The translations under genes and the position numbers were made by a program. A DNA stretch of 64,000 nucleotides from Escherichia coli (GTDB taxonomy: Bacteria > Pseudomonadota > Gammaproteobacteria > Enterobacterales > Enterobacteriaceae), in NCBI RefSeq assembly GCF_003334785.1, contig NZ_QOWV01000006.1; one strand, 5' to 3'. The notes beneath the pieces are model-generated. The model saw only the letters and a list, made by a program, of their open reading frames with translations. It did no database searches and was not told the origin of the DNA. Below, piece after piece: positions 46,821-63,607 of the stretch; the first letter of the stretch is position 1; each line of letters opens with the position of its first letter.

Positions 46821-47036
46821 TTATTGGACATAGTGCCAGACGGACTTCGGTACCTGGCCGAGGTCAAACAAACGCCCGCCAGAAACCAGCTCTGCGCGAC
46901 GGTGATCGGCAGCACGATACATATTGATCAGTTCCTGATCGTCCGTCAGGGTGTAATTAAGATGGTCGTAGAGTTTTTCCAGACTTTCGAGTGAACTGAT
47001 TTTGCGAAATTTTAATAAGTAGTCCTGAACAGTCAT
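46821..47036 (-). CDS. cnu: OriC-binding nucleoid-associated protein Cnu (YdgT, Hha paralog)
   Basis: 71-aa [53 protein letters not shown]...; recognised as Cnu. Confidence 0.93.
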
Positions 47037-47308
47037 AAAAGGTCCATAAAATAATTAATACCAAAGGGGTAGGTATTATTAGTGATGATAAAATTTCACC
47101 AAAAGTGAACGCTTGTGTTATTACAATAATAAGAATGCGCTGATGGCAAATATTCAGGGATGAAAAACTGCTCTGAAAAGAGTAACGCGCTTTACTATCC
47201 CTGACAATCACCAACAACATCGAACAAGATAATAAATTCCTGGTTTAATATCCGACAAGTGAAAACATGCACCCGGACGGGCAGCATGTCGCTCCACAAG
47301 TGCAGAGC

Positions 47309-47434
47309 TTACTTGTGTTGTACCGAAGCACTCTGTTCAGGTGGCTGATAGTTGTCAATGTGACTCGCCACGCCAAGAAGAATGACTGAAACGACAAGAA
47401 CGATCCAACCTGTTAATTCAATAAGACGATTCAT
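47309..47434 (-). CDS. blr: 41-aa small membrane protein Blr
   Basis: Internal start within ORF 47309-47509 gives MNRLIELTGWIVLVVSVILLGVASHIDNYQPPEQSASVQHK (41 aa, single TM). Confidence 0.8.
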   Translation of the reverse strand: MNRLIELTGWIVLVVSVILLGVASHIDNYQPPEQSASVQHK

Positions 47435-47676
47435 TACAGCCCACATCTCTCTTGATTGATCCATTAACTTCAGGGGGTAAATGTTACTTAGCAATAATAG
47501 CTCCAGCAAGATTTTTACTGAGGTTTTTGCGATATTTAGCTTTTGTCGTTGGAAAATTCGCTATTTTTTTGACTTAAGTTAAACAACATCCCTTATTGCT
47601 GGCAGGTTATTAAACTGTTGAGCGTGGGTAAAGGATAGTGTCAAATAGCCATCATACTTCAATGAGAGGCAATGAC

Positions 47677-48717
47677 ATGAGCGACAACATCCGTGTTGGG
47701 TTGATTGGGTATGGTTATGCGAGCAAAACCTTCCATGCGCCCCTGATTGCGGGCACGCCCGGGCTGGAACTGGCGGTAATCTCCAGCAGTGATGAAACAA
47801 AAGTAAAAGCCGACTGGCCAACGGTTACGGTTGTCTCTGAGCCGAAGCATCTGTTTAACGATCCCAACATAGACCTGATTGTCATTCCTACACCCAACGA
47901 TACCCATTTACCGTTAGCCAAAGCGGCGCTTGAGGCGGGTAAACATGTGGTCGTTGATAAACCCTTTACCGTGACACTGTCACAAGCGCGAGAGCTGGAT
48001 GCGCTGGCAAAAAGCCTGGGGCGTGTGCTGTCTGTATTCCATAACCGTCGCTGGGATAGCGATTTCTTGACGCTAAAAGGTTTACTCGCGGAAGGCGTGC
48101 TGGGTGAAGTTGCTTACTTTGAGTCTCATTTTGACCGCTTCCGTCCGCAGGTGCGCGATCGTTGGCGTGAACAGGGCGGCCCAGGCAGCGGTATCTGGTA
48201 CGATTTAGCACCACATCTTCTTGATCAGGCCATTACGCTTTTTGGTTTACCGGTCAGCATGACGGTAGATTTGGCACAGTTACGGCCCGGAGCGCAGTCG
48301 ACCGATTATTTCCACGCCATCTTGTCCTATCCACAGCGGCGAGTCATTTTACACGGTACCATGCTGGCAGCCGCTGAGTCAGCACGGTATATCGTGCATG
48401 GATCCCGAGGCAGTTATGTGAAATATGGCCTCGATCCACAGGAAGAACGTCTGAAAAATGGCGAGCGTCTACCGCAGGAAGACTGGGGCTACGATATGCG
48501 TGATGGCGTACTTACCCGCGTGGAAGGTGAGGAACGTGTCGAAGAAACGCTGTTGACGGTGCCTGGGAATTATCCGGCTTACTATGCGGCTATTCGTGAT
48601 GCGTTAAATGGCGATGGTGAAAATCCGGTTCCGGCAAGCCAGGCAATCCAGGTAATGGAGTTGATTGAGCTGGGCATCGAATCCGCCAAACATCGCGCGA
48701 CTTTGTGCCTTGCATGA
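47677..48717 (+). CDS. ydgJ: Gfo/Idh/MocA-family oxidoreductase YdgJ
   Basis: ORF 47638-48717; internal start gives 346 aa MSDNIRVGLIGYGYASK with Rossmann motif. Confidence 0.88.
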   Translation: MSDNIRVGLIGYGYASKTFHAPLIAGTPGLELAVISSSDETKVKADWPTVTVVSEPKHLFNDPNIDLIVIPTPNDTHLPLAKAALEAGKHVVVDKPFTVTLSQARELDALAKSLGRVLSVFHNRRWDSDFLTLKGLLAEGVLGEVAYFESHFDRFRPQVRDRWREQGGPGSGIWYDLAPHLLDQAITLFGLPVSMTVDLAQLRPGAQSTDYFHAILSYPQRRVILHGTMLAAAESARYIVHGSRGSYVKYGLDPQEERLKNGERLPQEDWGYDMRDGVLTRVEGEERVEETLLTVPGNYPAYYAAIRDALNGDGENPVPASQAIQVMELIELGIESAKHRATLCLA

Positions 48718-48748
48718 AAAATGGATGGTGCATTTGCACCATCCATTT
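48717..48748. terminator. bidirectional hairpin between convergent ydgJ and add
   Basis: AAAATGGATGGTGCA-tt-TGCACCATCCATTTT perfect 15-bp stem directly after the ydgJ stop and just below the add stop. Confidence 0.7.
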
Positions 48749-48750
48749 TG

Positions 48751-49752
48751 TTACTTCGCGGCGACTTTTTCTCGCAGTGCGCGTTTTTCCTCAGCGCTGA
48801 GGAAAGCCATTTCCAGACCATTAATCTGTGCCTGGCGGATTTGCTCGCGGGATAACCCAGCAGCTGGCGCGGCAACGGTATATTCGTGAATGATATCCAC
48901 TCCCTGTACGCCGGGATCGTCAGTGTTAATGCTGGCACGAATGCCATGCTCAAGGAACGTTTTCAGCGGATGTGCAGCCAGCTCTGCTACGGTGCTGGTC
49001 TGAATATTGGAGGTCAGACAGGATTCAATACCAATTTGTTGCTCGGCGAGAAAATCCATCAGCGCCCGATCTTCAATGGCTTTTACGCCATGTCCAATAC
49101 GCTCCGCACCCAGTTCACGAATCGCCTGCCAGATGCTTTCCGGCCCGGCAGCTTCGCCTGCATGGACGGTAATATGCCAGCCCGCATCACGCGCGCGGTT
49201 GAAGTGAGAAAGGAACAGACTTCCCGGGAAACCAAGTTCATCACCGGCTAAATCAAGTGCGGTAATCTGGTCACGGTGGGCTAAAAAGGCCTCCAGCTCT
49301 TGCTGACAGGCGGCTTCGCCGAAGGTCCGGCTCATAATGCCGATAAGCTTCGCCTGCACACCAAAGGTGCGGCAACCTTCACGTACGCCATCGATCACCG
49401 CTTCGACAACACCCGCTACAGGCAGCTGATGTGCCATTGCCATGTAGCCTGGTGAAAAACGCAGCTCGACATAGTGCAGGCCGTGACGGGCTGCATCTTC
49501 AATGTTTTCAAATGCCACGCGGCGACAGGCATCAAGAGAGGCGAGAACTTTAACGCCCCAGTCAAGTTTGGTCAGAAAGCTCACCAGATCGGGTTCGTTG
49601 GCAATGACCTGAACGTGGGGAATCAGTGTTTCCAGGGATTGTGCAGGAAGCGAGATATTATACTGGCGGCCAAGTTCAAGAATGGTCTGGGGACGAATGT
49701 TGCCATCAAGGTGGCGATGGATATCAGTTAATGGCAGGGTGGTATCAATCAT
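48751..49752 (-). CDS. add: adenosine deaminase
   Basis: 333-aa ORF starting [28 protein letters not shown]; recognised as Add. Confidence 0.96.
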
Positions 49753-49820
49753 GGTCGCACTCTTTTTCTGGATATAAAAGTGCGCACCATTATAAAAACA
49801 AAGCAGGGTAAAAATCCACG

Positions 49821-49850
49821 ATTGCGCAACGATTTTTTACGTTGCGCAAT
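49821..49850 (-). terminator. hairpin terminator downstream of malY
   Basis: ATTGCGCAACG-atttttta-CGTTGCGCAAT 11-bp stem immediately downstream of the malY stop on the minus strand. Confidence 0.6.
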
Positions 49851-49855
49851 TGGGG

Positions 49856-51028
49856 TTAACGAACAGCGCGGATGGCGTTAATTAATCCAGCCACACCTTT
49901 TTCCAGTTTCGAACGTGGGCAGCCGGCATTGAGACGGACAAAACCACGACCTTCTTCACCGTAGGTATACCCCGGCATGATCGCGACTTTTTCTTGTTCG
50001 ATAAGTGCTTTTTGCAACGCGTTGTCGTCAATATTCAACGGACGTAAATCAAGCCATGCCAGATAAGTGGATTGTGGGATCTGCCAGTTGAGTTCAGGAA
50101 ACGCGGCGTTCATTTTATCTGCGATATACGTCAGGTTATCTTTCAGATAGATGCGTAAGGCATCCAGCCACGGCGCGCCTTGCTGATAGGCGGCGATATG
50201 GGCAGTTAACGCCAGTACCGAAGGGGAAGAAAGCCCATCACGGCCTTTCAGTGCCGATAAATAGGCATCGCGGCTACTGCTATTTTCTATAATCCCGTAA
50301 GCACCGGTCAGGGCGGGAATATTGAAACTTTTCGAGCCCGACGTTAGCAACGCCCAGTCTCCGCGAGCCACATTACTCCAGGGAATATGCGGCTGCTCGC
50401 CCCAAACCATATCCATATGGATTTCATCGGAAATAACCCGCACACCATGACGCTCGCACAGGTCAGCCATGATCTCCAGCTCATCGCACGTCCACACTTT
50501 CCCGGTAGGATTCTGTGGGCTACACAGGAGCATAATTTTACATTCTGGTTTCGCCAACACGGCTTCCAACTTGCCCATATCGCAAAACCAACCATCAGCC
50601 TGCTTCTCTAAAGCAACGGGCATTACTGTGCGCTGGTTACCTTCAATGGCCTTGTAAAATGCGTCATAGGCGGGTGTGTGGATCACCACGCCTTCACCTG
50701 TTTCAGACCACTGACGAATCAGTTCTGAAACCATATAGATGACAGAAGGGCCATACACCACCGTCTGAGAATCGATGGCGGTGTAATGCTGGGTGGAAAA
50801 CCAGTGGGCAATAGCCGCGAGAAACTCATCGTTTTTCCAGCGGCTGTAGCCAAATACGCCGTGCATCAGGCGCTGATTCAGCGCCTCGATAATGCAGGGG
50901 GCAGTGGCAAAATCCATGTCTGAAATCGTGAACGGTAACAGGTCAGCAGTGCCGAAACGGTCAGCGACATAATCCCACTGTGTACACCATGTGCCATGAC
51001 GATCCACGACCTTTGAAAAATCGAACAT
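49856..51028 (-). CDS. malY: PLP-dependent cystathionine beta-lyase / MalT-inhibiting protein MalY
   Basis: 390-aa ORF starting MFDFSKVVDRHGTWCTQWDY; recognised as MalY. Confidence 0.95.
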   Translation of the reverse strand: MFDFSKVVDRHGTWCTQWDYVADRFGTADLLPFTISDMDFATAPCIIEALNQRLMHGVFGYSRWKNDEFLAAIAHWFSTQHYTAIDSQTVVYGPSVIYMVSELIRQWSETGEGVVIHTPAYDAFYKAIEGNQRTVMPVALEKQADGWFCDMGKLEAVLAKPECKIMLLCSPQNPTGKVWTCDELEIMADLCERHGVRVISDEIHMDMVWGEQPHIPWSNVARGDWALLTSGSKSFNIPALTGAYGIIENSSSRDAYLSALKGRDGLSSPSVLALTAHIAAYQQGAPWLDALRIYLKDNLTYIADKMNAAFPELNWQIPQSTYLAWLDLRPLNIDDNALQKALIEQEKVAIMPGYTYGEEGRGFVRLNAGCPRSKLEKGVAGLINAIRAVR

Positions 51029-51037
51029 ATCTTATCC

Positions 51038-53833
<2,796 letters not shown>

Positions 53834-53944
53834 TCCTCTCTTTATCTGCTATACCTGGTAGTGTCCTTTCCTCAAGGTTAATGATAAAAAATGTGGCACA
53901 CAGGCGGTGCCTTTTATTTTTACTGAAGTTCACAGGAGGTTTAT

Positions 53945-54712
53945 GTGTTTAATTCTGACAACCTGAGACTCGACGGAAAATGCGCCATCATCACAGGTGC
54001 GGGTGCAGGTATTGGTAAAGAAATCGCCATTACATTCGCGACAGCTGGCGCATCTGTGGTGGTCAGTGATATTAACGCCGACGCAGCTAACCATGTTGTA
54101 GACGAAATTCAACAACTGGGTGGTCAGGCATTTGCCTGCCGTTGTGATATTACTTCCGAACAGGAACTCTCTGCACTGGCAGACTTTGCTATCAGTAAGC
54201 TGGGTAAAGTTGATATTCTGGTTAACAACGCCGGTGGCGGTGGACCTAAACCGTTTGATATGCCAATGGCGGATTTTCGCCGTGCTTATGAACTGAATGT
54301 GTTTTCTTTTTTCCATCTGTCACAACTTGTTGCGCCAGAAATGGAAAAAAATGGCGGTGGCGTTATTCTGACCATCACTTCTATGGCGGCAGAAAATAAA
54401 AATATAAACATGACTTCCTATGCATCATCTAAAGCTGCGGCCAGTCATCTGGTCAGAAATATGGCGTTTGACCTGGGTGAAAAAAATATTCGGGTAAATG
54501 GCATTGCGCCGGGGGCAATATTAACCGATGCCCTGAAATCCGTTATTACACCAGAAATTGAACAAAAAATGTTACAGCACACGCCGATCAGACGTCTGGG
54601 CCAACCGCAAGATATTGCTAACGCAGCGCTGTTCCTTTGCTCGCCTGCTGCGAGCTGGGTAAGCGGACAAATTCTCACCGTCTCCGGTGGTGGGGTACAG
54701 GAGCTCAATTAA
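53945..54712 (+). CDS. hdhA: 7-alpha-hydroxysteroid dehydrogenase (SDR family)
   Basis: 255-aa ORF with TGAGAGIG Rossmann motif and YxxxK; recognised as HdhA. Confidence 0.93.
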   Translation: MFNSDNLRLDGKCAIITGAGAGIGKEIAITFATAGASVVVSDINADAANHVVDEIQQLGGQAFACRCDITSEQELSALADFAISKLGKVDILVNNAGGGGPKPFDMPMADFRRAYELNVFSFFHLSQLVAPEMEKNGGGVILTITSMAAENKNINMTSYASSKAAASHLVRNMAFDLGEKNIRVNGIAPGAILTDALKSVITPEIEQKMLQHTPIRRLGQPQDIANAALFLCSPAASWVSGQILTVSGGGVQELN

Positions 54713-54932
54713 TACACTAACGGACCGGTAAACAACCGTGCGTGTTGTTTACCGGGATAAACTCATCAACGTCTCTGCTAAATAACTGGCAGCCAAATCA
54801 CGGCTATTGGTTAACCAATTTCAGAGTGAAAAGTATACGAATAGAGTGTGCCTTCGCACTATTCAACAGCAATGATAGGCGCTCACCTGACAACGCGGTA
54901 AACTAGTTATTCACGCTAACTATAATGGTTTA

Positions 54933-55523
54933 ATGATGGATAACATGCAGACTGAAGCACAACCGACACGGACCCGGATCCTCAATGCTGCCAGAGAGAT
55001 TTTTTCAGAAAATGGATTTCACAGTGCCTCGATGAAAGCCATCTGTAAATCTTGCGCCATTAGTCCCGGGACGCTCTATCACCATTTCATCTCCAAAGAA
55101 GCCTTGATTCAGGCGATTATCTTACAGGACCAGGAGAGGGCGCTGGCCCGTTTCCGGGAACCGATTGAAGGGATTCATTTCGTTGACTATATGGTCGAGT
55201 CCATTGTCTCTCTCACCCATGAAGCCTTTGGACAACGGGCGCTGGTGGTTGAAATTATGGCGGAAGGGATGCGTAACCCACAGGTCGCCGCCATGCTTAA
55301 AAATAAGCATATGACGATCACGGAATTTGTTGCCCAGCGGATGCGTGATGCCCAGCAAAAAGGCGAGATAAGCCCAGACATCAACACGGCAATGACTTCA
55401 CGTTTACTGCTGGATCTGACCTACGGTGTACTGGCCGATATCGAAGCGGAAGACCTGGCGCGTGAAGCGTCGTTTGCTCAGGGATTACGCGCGATGATTG
55501 GCGGTATCTTAACCGCATCCTGA
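54933..55523 (+). CDS. uidR: TetR-family repressor of the uid (gus) operon
   Basis: 196-aa ORF with TetR-type HTH; immediately upstream of uidA. Confidence 0.93.
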   Translation: MMDNMQTEAQPTRTRILNAAREIFSENGFHSASMKAICKSCAISPGTLYHHFISKEALIQAIILQDQERALARFREPIEGIHFVDYMVESIVSLTHEAFGQRALVVEIMAEGMRNPQVAAMLKNKHMTITEFVAQRMRDAQQKGEISPDINTAMTSRLLLDLTYGVLADIEAEDLAREASFAQGLRAMIGGILTAS

Positions 55524-55862
55524 TTCTCTCTCTTTTTCGGCGGGCTGGTGATAACTGTGCCCGCGTTTCATATCGTAATTTCTCTGTGCAAAAATTATCC
55601 TTCCCGGCTTCGGAGAATTCCCCCCAAAATATTCACTGTAGCCATATGTCATGAGAGTTTATCGTTCCCAATACGCTCGAACGAACGTTCGGTTGCTTAT
55701 TTTATGGCTTCTGTCAACGCTGTTTTAAAGATTAATGCGATCTATATCACGCTGTGGGTATTGCAGTTTTTGGTTTTTTGATCGCGGTGTCAGTTCTTTT
55801 TATTTCCATTTCTCTTCCATGGGTTTCTCACAGATAACTGTGTGCAACACAGAATTGGTTAA

Positions 55863-59095
<3,233 letters not shown>

Positions 59096-59133
59096 TATTC
59101 AATAAAAATAATCAGAACATCAAAGGTGCAACT

Positions 59134-60399
59134 ATGAGAAAAATAGTGGCCATGGCCGTTATTTGCCTGACGGCTGCCTCTGGCCTTACCTCTGCTTATG
59201 CGGCGCAACTGGCTGACGATGAAGCGGGACTACGCATCAGACTGAAAAACGAATTGCGCAGGGCGGATAAGCCCAGTGCTGGCGCGGGAAGAGATATTTA
59301 CGCATGGGTACAGGGAGGATTGCTCGATTTCAATAGTGGTTATTATTCCAATATTATTGGCGTTGAAGGCGGGGCGTATTATGTTTATAAATTAGGTGCT
59401 CGTGCTGATATGAGTACCCGGTGGTATCTTGATGGTGATAAAAGTTTTGGCTTTGCCCTGGGGGCAGTAAAAATAAAACCCAGTGAAAATAGCCTGCTTA
59501 AATTAGGTCGCTTCGGGACGGATTATAGTTATGGTAGCTTACCTTATCGTATTCCGTTAATGGCTGGCAGTTCGCAACGTACATTACCGACAGTTTCTGA
59601 AGGAGCATTAGGTTATTGGGCTTTAACACCAAATATTGATCTGTGGGGAATGTGGCGTTCACGAGTATTTTTATGGACTGATTCAACAACCGGTATTCGT
59701 GATGAAGGGGTGTATAACAGCCAGACGGGAAAATACGATAAACATCGCGCACGTTCTTTTTTAGCCGCCAGTTGGCATGATGATACCAGTCGCTATTCTC
59801 TGGGGGCATCGGTACAGAAAGATGTTTCCAATCAGATACAAAGTATTCTCGAGAAAAGCATACCGCTCGACCCGAATTATACGTTGAAAGGGGAGTTGCT
59901 CGGCTTTTACGCGCAGCTCGAAGGTTTAAGTCGTAATACCAGCCAGCCCAATGAAACGGCGTTGGTTAGTGGACAATTGACCTGGAATGCGCCGTGGGGA
60001 AGTGTATTTGGCAGTGGTGGTTATTTGCGCCATGCAATGAATGGTGCCGTGGTGGATACCGACATTGGCTATCCCTTTTCATTAAGTCTTGATCGTAACC
60101 GTGAAGGAATGCAGTCCTGGCAATTGGGCGTCAACTATCGTTTAACGCCGCAATTTACGCTGACATTTGCACCGATTGTGACTCGCGGCTATGAATCCAG
60201 TAAACGAGATGTGCGGATTGAAGGCACGGGTATCTTAGGTGGTATGAACTATCGGGTCAGCGAAGGGCCGTTACAAGGGATGAATTTCTTTCTTGCTGCC
60301 GATAAAGGGCGGGAAAAGCGCGATGGCAGTACGCTGGGCGATCGCCTGAATTACTGGGATGTGAAAATGAGTATTCAGTATGACTTTATGCTGAAGTAA
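59134..60399 (+). CDS. uidC: outer-membrane glucuronide porin-like protein UidC
   Basis: 421-aa ORF with signal peptide and C-terminal aromatic residue typical of beta-barrels; operon position. Confidence 0.92.
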   Translation: MRKIVAMAVICLTAASGLTSAYAAQLADDEAGLRIRLKNELRRADKPSAGAGRDIYAWVQGGLLDFNSGYYSNIIGVEGGAYYVYKLGARADMSTRWYLDGDKSFGFALGAVKIKPSENSLLKLGRFGTDYSYGSLPYRIPLMAGSSQRTLPTVSEGALGYWALTPNIDLWGMWRSRVFLWTDSTTGIRDEGVYNSQTGKYDKHRARSFLAASWHDDTSRYSLGASVQKDVSNQIQSILEKSIPLDPNYTLKGELLGFYAQLEGLSRNTSQPNETALVSGQLTWNAPWGSVFGSGGYLRHAMNGAVVDTDIGYPFSLSLDRNREGMQSWQLGVNYRLTPQFTLTFAPIVTRGYESSKRDVRIEGTGILGGMNYRVSEGPLQGMNFFLAADKGREKRDGSTLGDRLNYWDVKMSIQYDFMLK

Positions 60400-60406
60400 A
60401 AAATAA

Positions 60407-60433
60407 CGCCGGAGAGAAAAATCTCCGGCGTTT
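60407..60433 (+). terminator. rho-independent terminator of the uid operon
   Basis: CGCCGGAGA-gaaaaat-CTCCGGCG stem followed by TTTCAG. Confidence 0.6.
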
Positions 60434-60459
60434 CAGATTGTTGACAAAGTGCGCGTTTT

Positions 60460-60562
60460 TTATGCCGGATGCGGCGTAAACGCCTTATCCAGCCTACAAA
60501 AACTCATAAATTCAAAGTGTTGCAGGAAAAGGTAGGCCTGATAAGCGTAGCGCATCAGGCAA
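60460..60562. repeat. REP/BIME element pair
   Basis: GCCGGATGCGGCGTAAACGCCTTATCCAGCCTACA and GTAGGCCTGATAAGCGTAGCGCATCAGGC REP-type palindromic units between uidC and ydgA. Confidence 0.8.
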
Positions 60563-60583
60563 TCTCTGGTTTGTTTTCAGATG

Positions 60584-60615
60584 AAAACGCCGGAGTGAAA
60601 ATTCTCCGGCGTTTT
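60584..60615 (-). terminator. rho-independent terminator downstream of ydgA
   Basis: AAAACGCCGGAG-tgaaaatt-CTCCGGCGTTTT symmetrical hairpin with flanking A/T runs, 10 bp below the ydgA stop. Confidence 0.65.
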
Positions 60616-60624
60616 GGCCGTGAA

Positions 60625-62133
60625 TTACTGCTGCGGAATTGCCGGTACAGCCGGAACGTTAAGAGCTGGCATCGCAAACATGCCAACAAAATCTTCTAAC
60701 GACATTTTCTGCCCATTTAACGTTATCTGACCGTTAGCATATTGCAGGCTGGTGGTGATGGTATTGTCCTGCAAGGTGGTCAGACGGAACATCTGCCCCA
60801 TTGCTGATGCACCTTCAACTTGCTGTTTCGCCAGTTTTTTCGCTTGATCTTCCTGATAACCTTCCAGCTTCGCTACCTGAGTCACAAACTCAGTTGCCAT
60901 ATCCACCGGAATGGTCAGTTTCGCATCCAGAGATTTAACCGAACGATCTACTTCCTGCGCCAGCGTTTGCGGCGCTTCTTTAGTCGTTGCCGGATCTTTC
61001 AGGAACAGCGACAGATTCAGGGCACTTTCACCCTGACTGTTTTTCCAGCTTAGCGGCGCGATAGTAATCACCGGATCGCCTTTCAGCATCAGCGGCAGGG
61101 CGCTAAAGAAGGCTTCCGTCACTTTCTCCTGATAAAGTTCGGGGTTGTTGGCAATTTCTGGCTGTGCCAGCAGCGCCTGAGTTTGCGCGTTATATTGCTG
61201 GCTAAACTGATGCCAGGCTTCACCATCAATCTGGCCGACTTTTAAAGTCAGCTTGCCGCTGCCCAGATCCTGATTCTGTACCTTCAGGCTGTTTAGCGAG
61301 TAATCCAGTTGGCTATTGATCGTTTTACCGTCATTGACCAGATCCGATTTACCGCTGATCTCCATGCCTTCCAGCAGTGCCAGTTCTTTGCCTTCCACTG
61401 AAATGGTCATTTTTTCCAGTGACAGTTTTTGATTTCCTACACGCTCACCAAAACTTGCCAGCGTGCTGGAACCGTCGGTTTTCAGATTATTAAAGGTCAA
61501 CTGCACTTTCTGGTTGTATTCGTTAACTGCGTCTATCCGACCACTTTGCGCCTCCCCGGAAAGGGAGATGGCTTTGCCGTCTCTGTCAGCATTTAACTGG
61601 AACTCGCCGCCGCTAAAGGCGACTTTTTCATCCTTTTGCTCGTAATTCAGTGGCTTGAGCGAAATATCGGAACTGGAATCACCGCTGTAACCAATGCGCG
61701 AGTTAATCTCAAAAGGCGTTTCACCTTTTGCCATATCAAACAGTGGTTTGCTTACTTCGTTATTAACCAGCGTGGTTTGAATTGATGCCATCGACGGGAT
61801 CAGGTTCAGTTTTTTAAGCTGGGCAAGCGGGAAGGGACCATGATCAACCGATTCGTTGAAGATGACGCTCTGACCGCTTTTAATCCACGGATTTTCTTTC
61901 CCGGCAATGGGTTTCACCAACAGTTGCAACTGGCTGCTGAATACGCCGCGATGATAGTTTTGATAACTCACTTCCAGGTTGGATTCAGGAGCTGTCAGTT
62001 TGAGTTGCGCGTTCGCCTGCGCGACCATGTCTTCGAGATGGGTTTCAATCTTCTTGCCTGTATACCATGCGCCGCCTGTCCAGACTACGCCTAGCGCAAC
62101 AATGACGCCTACCGCTACCAGCGATTTATTCAT
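60625..62133 (-). CDS. ydgA: DUF945 periplasmic/envelope protein YdgA
   Basis: 502-aa ORF with N-terminal TM/signal segment; matches ydgA. Confidence 0.88.
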   Translation of the reverse strand: MNKSLVAVGVIVALGVVWTGGAWYTGKKIETHLEDMVAQANAQLKLTAPESNLEVSYQNYHRGVFSSQLQLLVKPIAGKENPWIKSGQSVIFNESVDHGPFPLAQLKKLNLIPSMASIQTTLVNNEVSKPLFDMAKGETPFEINSRIGYSGDSSSDISLKPLNYEQKDEKVAFSGGEFQLNADRDGKAISLSGEAQSGRIDAVNEYNQKVQLTFNNLKTDGSSTLASFGERVGNQKLSLEKMTISVEGKELALLEGMEISGKSDLVNDGKTINSQLDYSLNSLKVQNQDLGSGKLTLKVGQIDGEAWHQFSQQYNAQTQALLAQPEIANNPELYQEKVTEAFFSALPLMLKGDPVITIAPLSWKNSQGESALNLSLFLKDPATTKEAPQTLAQEVDRSVKSLDAKLTIPVDMATEFVTQVAKLEGYQEDQAKKLAKQQVEGASAMGQMFRLTTLQDNTITTSLQYANGQITLNGQKMSLEDFVGMFAMPALNVPAVPAIPQQ

Positions 62134-62233
62134 AATGATTATCCATAAAATGAAATCAGGCGGACTGGCCGCCTGAAGGTGTTATAAGCCTTTAATAAGC
62201 TTAGCAAGAGATGTTAATTTTTTCAGTAAGCTC

Positions 62234-63409
62234 TTACAGCTTGTTGTAAACACGCGCTAAACGGCCGTGGCCTTTGACAGTCACCGGTGATTCGTTGGCG
62301 GCAATAAACGCTGATTCACCCGGTTTAAGCTGTAACTGCTGAGAACCTTTCCACAACGTTGCATCGCCTTCGACGCAGAACAAAATGGCGGCACTCTGCT
62401 GGCTAATGGTGGTTTCTTTATCACTAAGGTCATGCAGCGAGAAGGCAAAATCATCCACTGGAATCGGGAAGTCCAGTTCTGCACCTTGTTTCACCGGCTG
62501 GGTCAACAACTGGTTAGCCGGTTTGGCTTCGAATTTCACATTGGCAACCAGTTCCGGAATATCAATGTATTTAGGCGTCAGACCCGCACGCAGCACGTTA
62601 TCGGAGTTTGCCATCACTTCCAGCGCCACGCCTTGCAGGTAAGCGTGCGGTGTTTCAGCGAACAGGAACATCGCTTCGCCAGGGTTCAATTTCACCACAT
62701 TCAGCAATAGCGGGGAGAACAGACCGCTGTCTTCCGGGTAAAATTCAGAAATTAAACGAATCGTTTGCCACGGTTCACCCTGCTGGCTATCGAGGGCCGA
62801 TTTTAAAATCGCCAGCGCGCGGGATTTTTCTTCACCCTGCATATTCAACAGGCTGGCGAACAGTTCGCTTAAACGTTCGGCATCAGGCTGTTGTAAAAAG
62901 TGAGCAATCGCCGGATGTGCACCTGCGACCGGCTGGAGTAGGGAGACAATCTCGGAAAATTCACGAAACGCGTTCATCGCAAGGAAAGGCGTCAGCGCAA
63001 AAACCAGCTCCGGCTTGTGGTTAGGATCTTTATAGTTACGCTCGGCGGCATCCATCGGGATACCTGCGGCATTTTCTTTGGCAAAACCGATTTCAGAATT
63101 GTGTTTGTTTGGATGAACCTGAATGGAGAGTGGCTGTGCTGCGCATAATACTTTGAACAGGAAAGGCAGTTCGCCAAAGCGTTTGGCAACGGCCTCTCCG
63201 AGCAGAGTCGATTTATCACTCTCAATCACATCACGCAGTGAAACGATATCTCCGGCGGCATTCTGCACTCGTGAACTGCTTTTCGGATGTGCGCCCATCC
63301 ACAGCTCGGCCATCGGCTGGCTGGACGGATTTTCCATACCATAAAGTTCAGTCAACGCCGTTTTGCTGCCCCAGGCATAGTTTTGCACTGAGTTAATGAG
63401 TTTTTGCAT
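62234..63409 (-). CDS. manA: mannose-6-phosphate isomerase
   Basis: ORF 62234-63487; internal start gives 391 aa MQKLINSVQNYAWGSKTALTELYG; recognised as ManA. Confidence 0.96.
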   Translation of the reverse strand: MQKLINSVQNYAWGSKTALTELYGMENPSSQPMAELWMGAHPKSSSRVQNAAGDIVSLRDVIESDKSTLLGEAVAKRFGELPFLFKVLCAAQPLSIQVHPNKHNSEIGFAKENAAGIPMDAAERNYKDPNHKPELVFALTPFLAMNAFREFSEIVSLLQPVAGAHPAIAHFLQQPDAERLSELFASLLNMQGEEKSRALAILKSALDSQQGEPWQTIRLISEFYPEDSGLFSPLLLNVVKLNPGEAMFLFAETPHAYLQGVALEVMANSDNVLRAGLTPKYIDIPELVANVKFEAKPANQLLTQPVKQGAELDFPIPVDDFAFSLHDLSDKETTISQQSAAILFCVEGDATLWKGSQQLQLKPGESAFIAANESPVTVKGHGRLARVYNKL

Positions 63410-63607
63410 GATCAATCCCTGTTTTAATGTGGAAATTAATCCCACTATTAAAGCAAGAATCCTACGGGAAGTAACCTGGAGCCGCAAAAAGTCGTACTAG
63501 TCTCAGTTTTTGTTAAAAAAGTGTGTAGGATATTGTTACTCGCTTTTAACAGGGCAACGGAACACCCGCCCAGAGCATAACCAAACCAGGCAGTAAGTGA
63601 GAGAACA

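Noticed and set aside
46957-47220. 87-aa ORF overlapping the cnu start and the cnu-blr intergenic region
   Set aside because: Overlaps cnu in another frame; Ile/Leu-rich product from AT-rich promoter DNA; no SD
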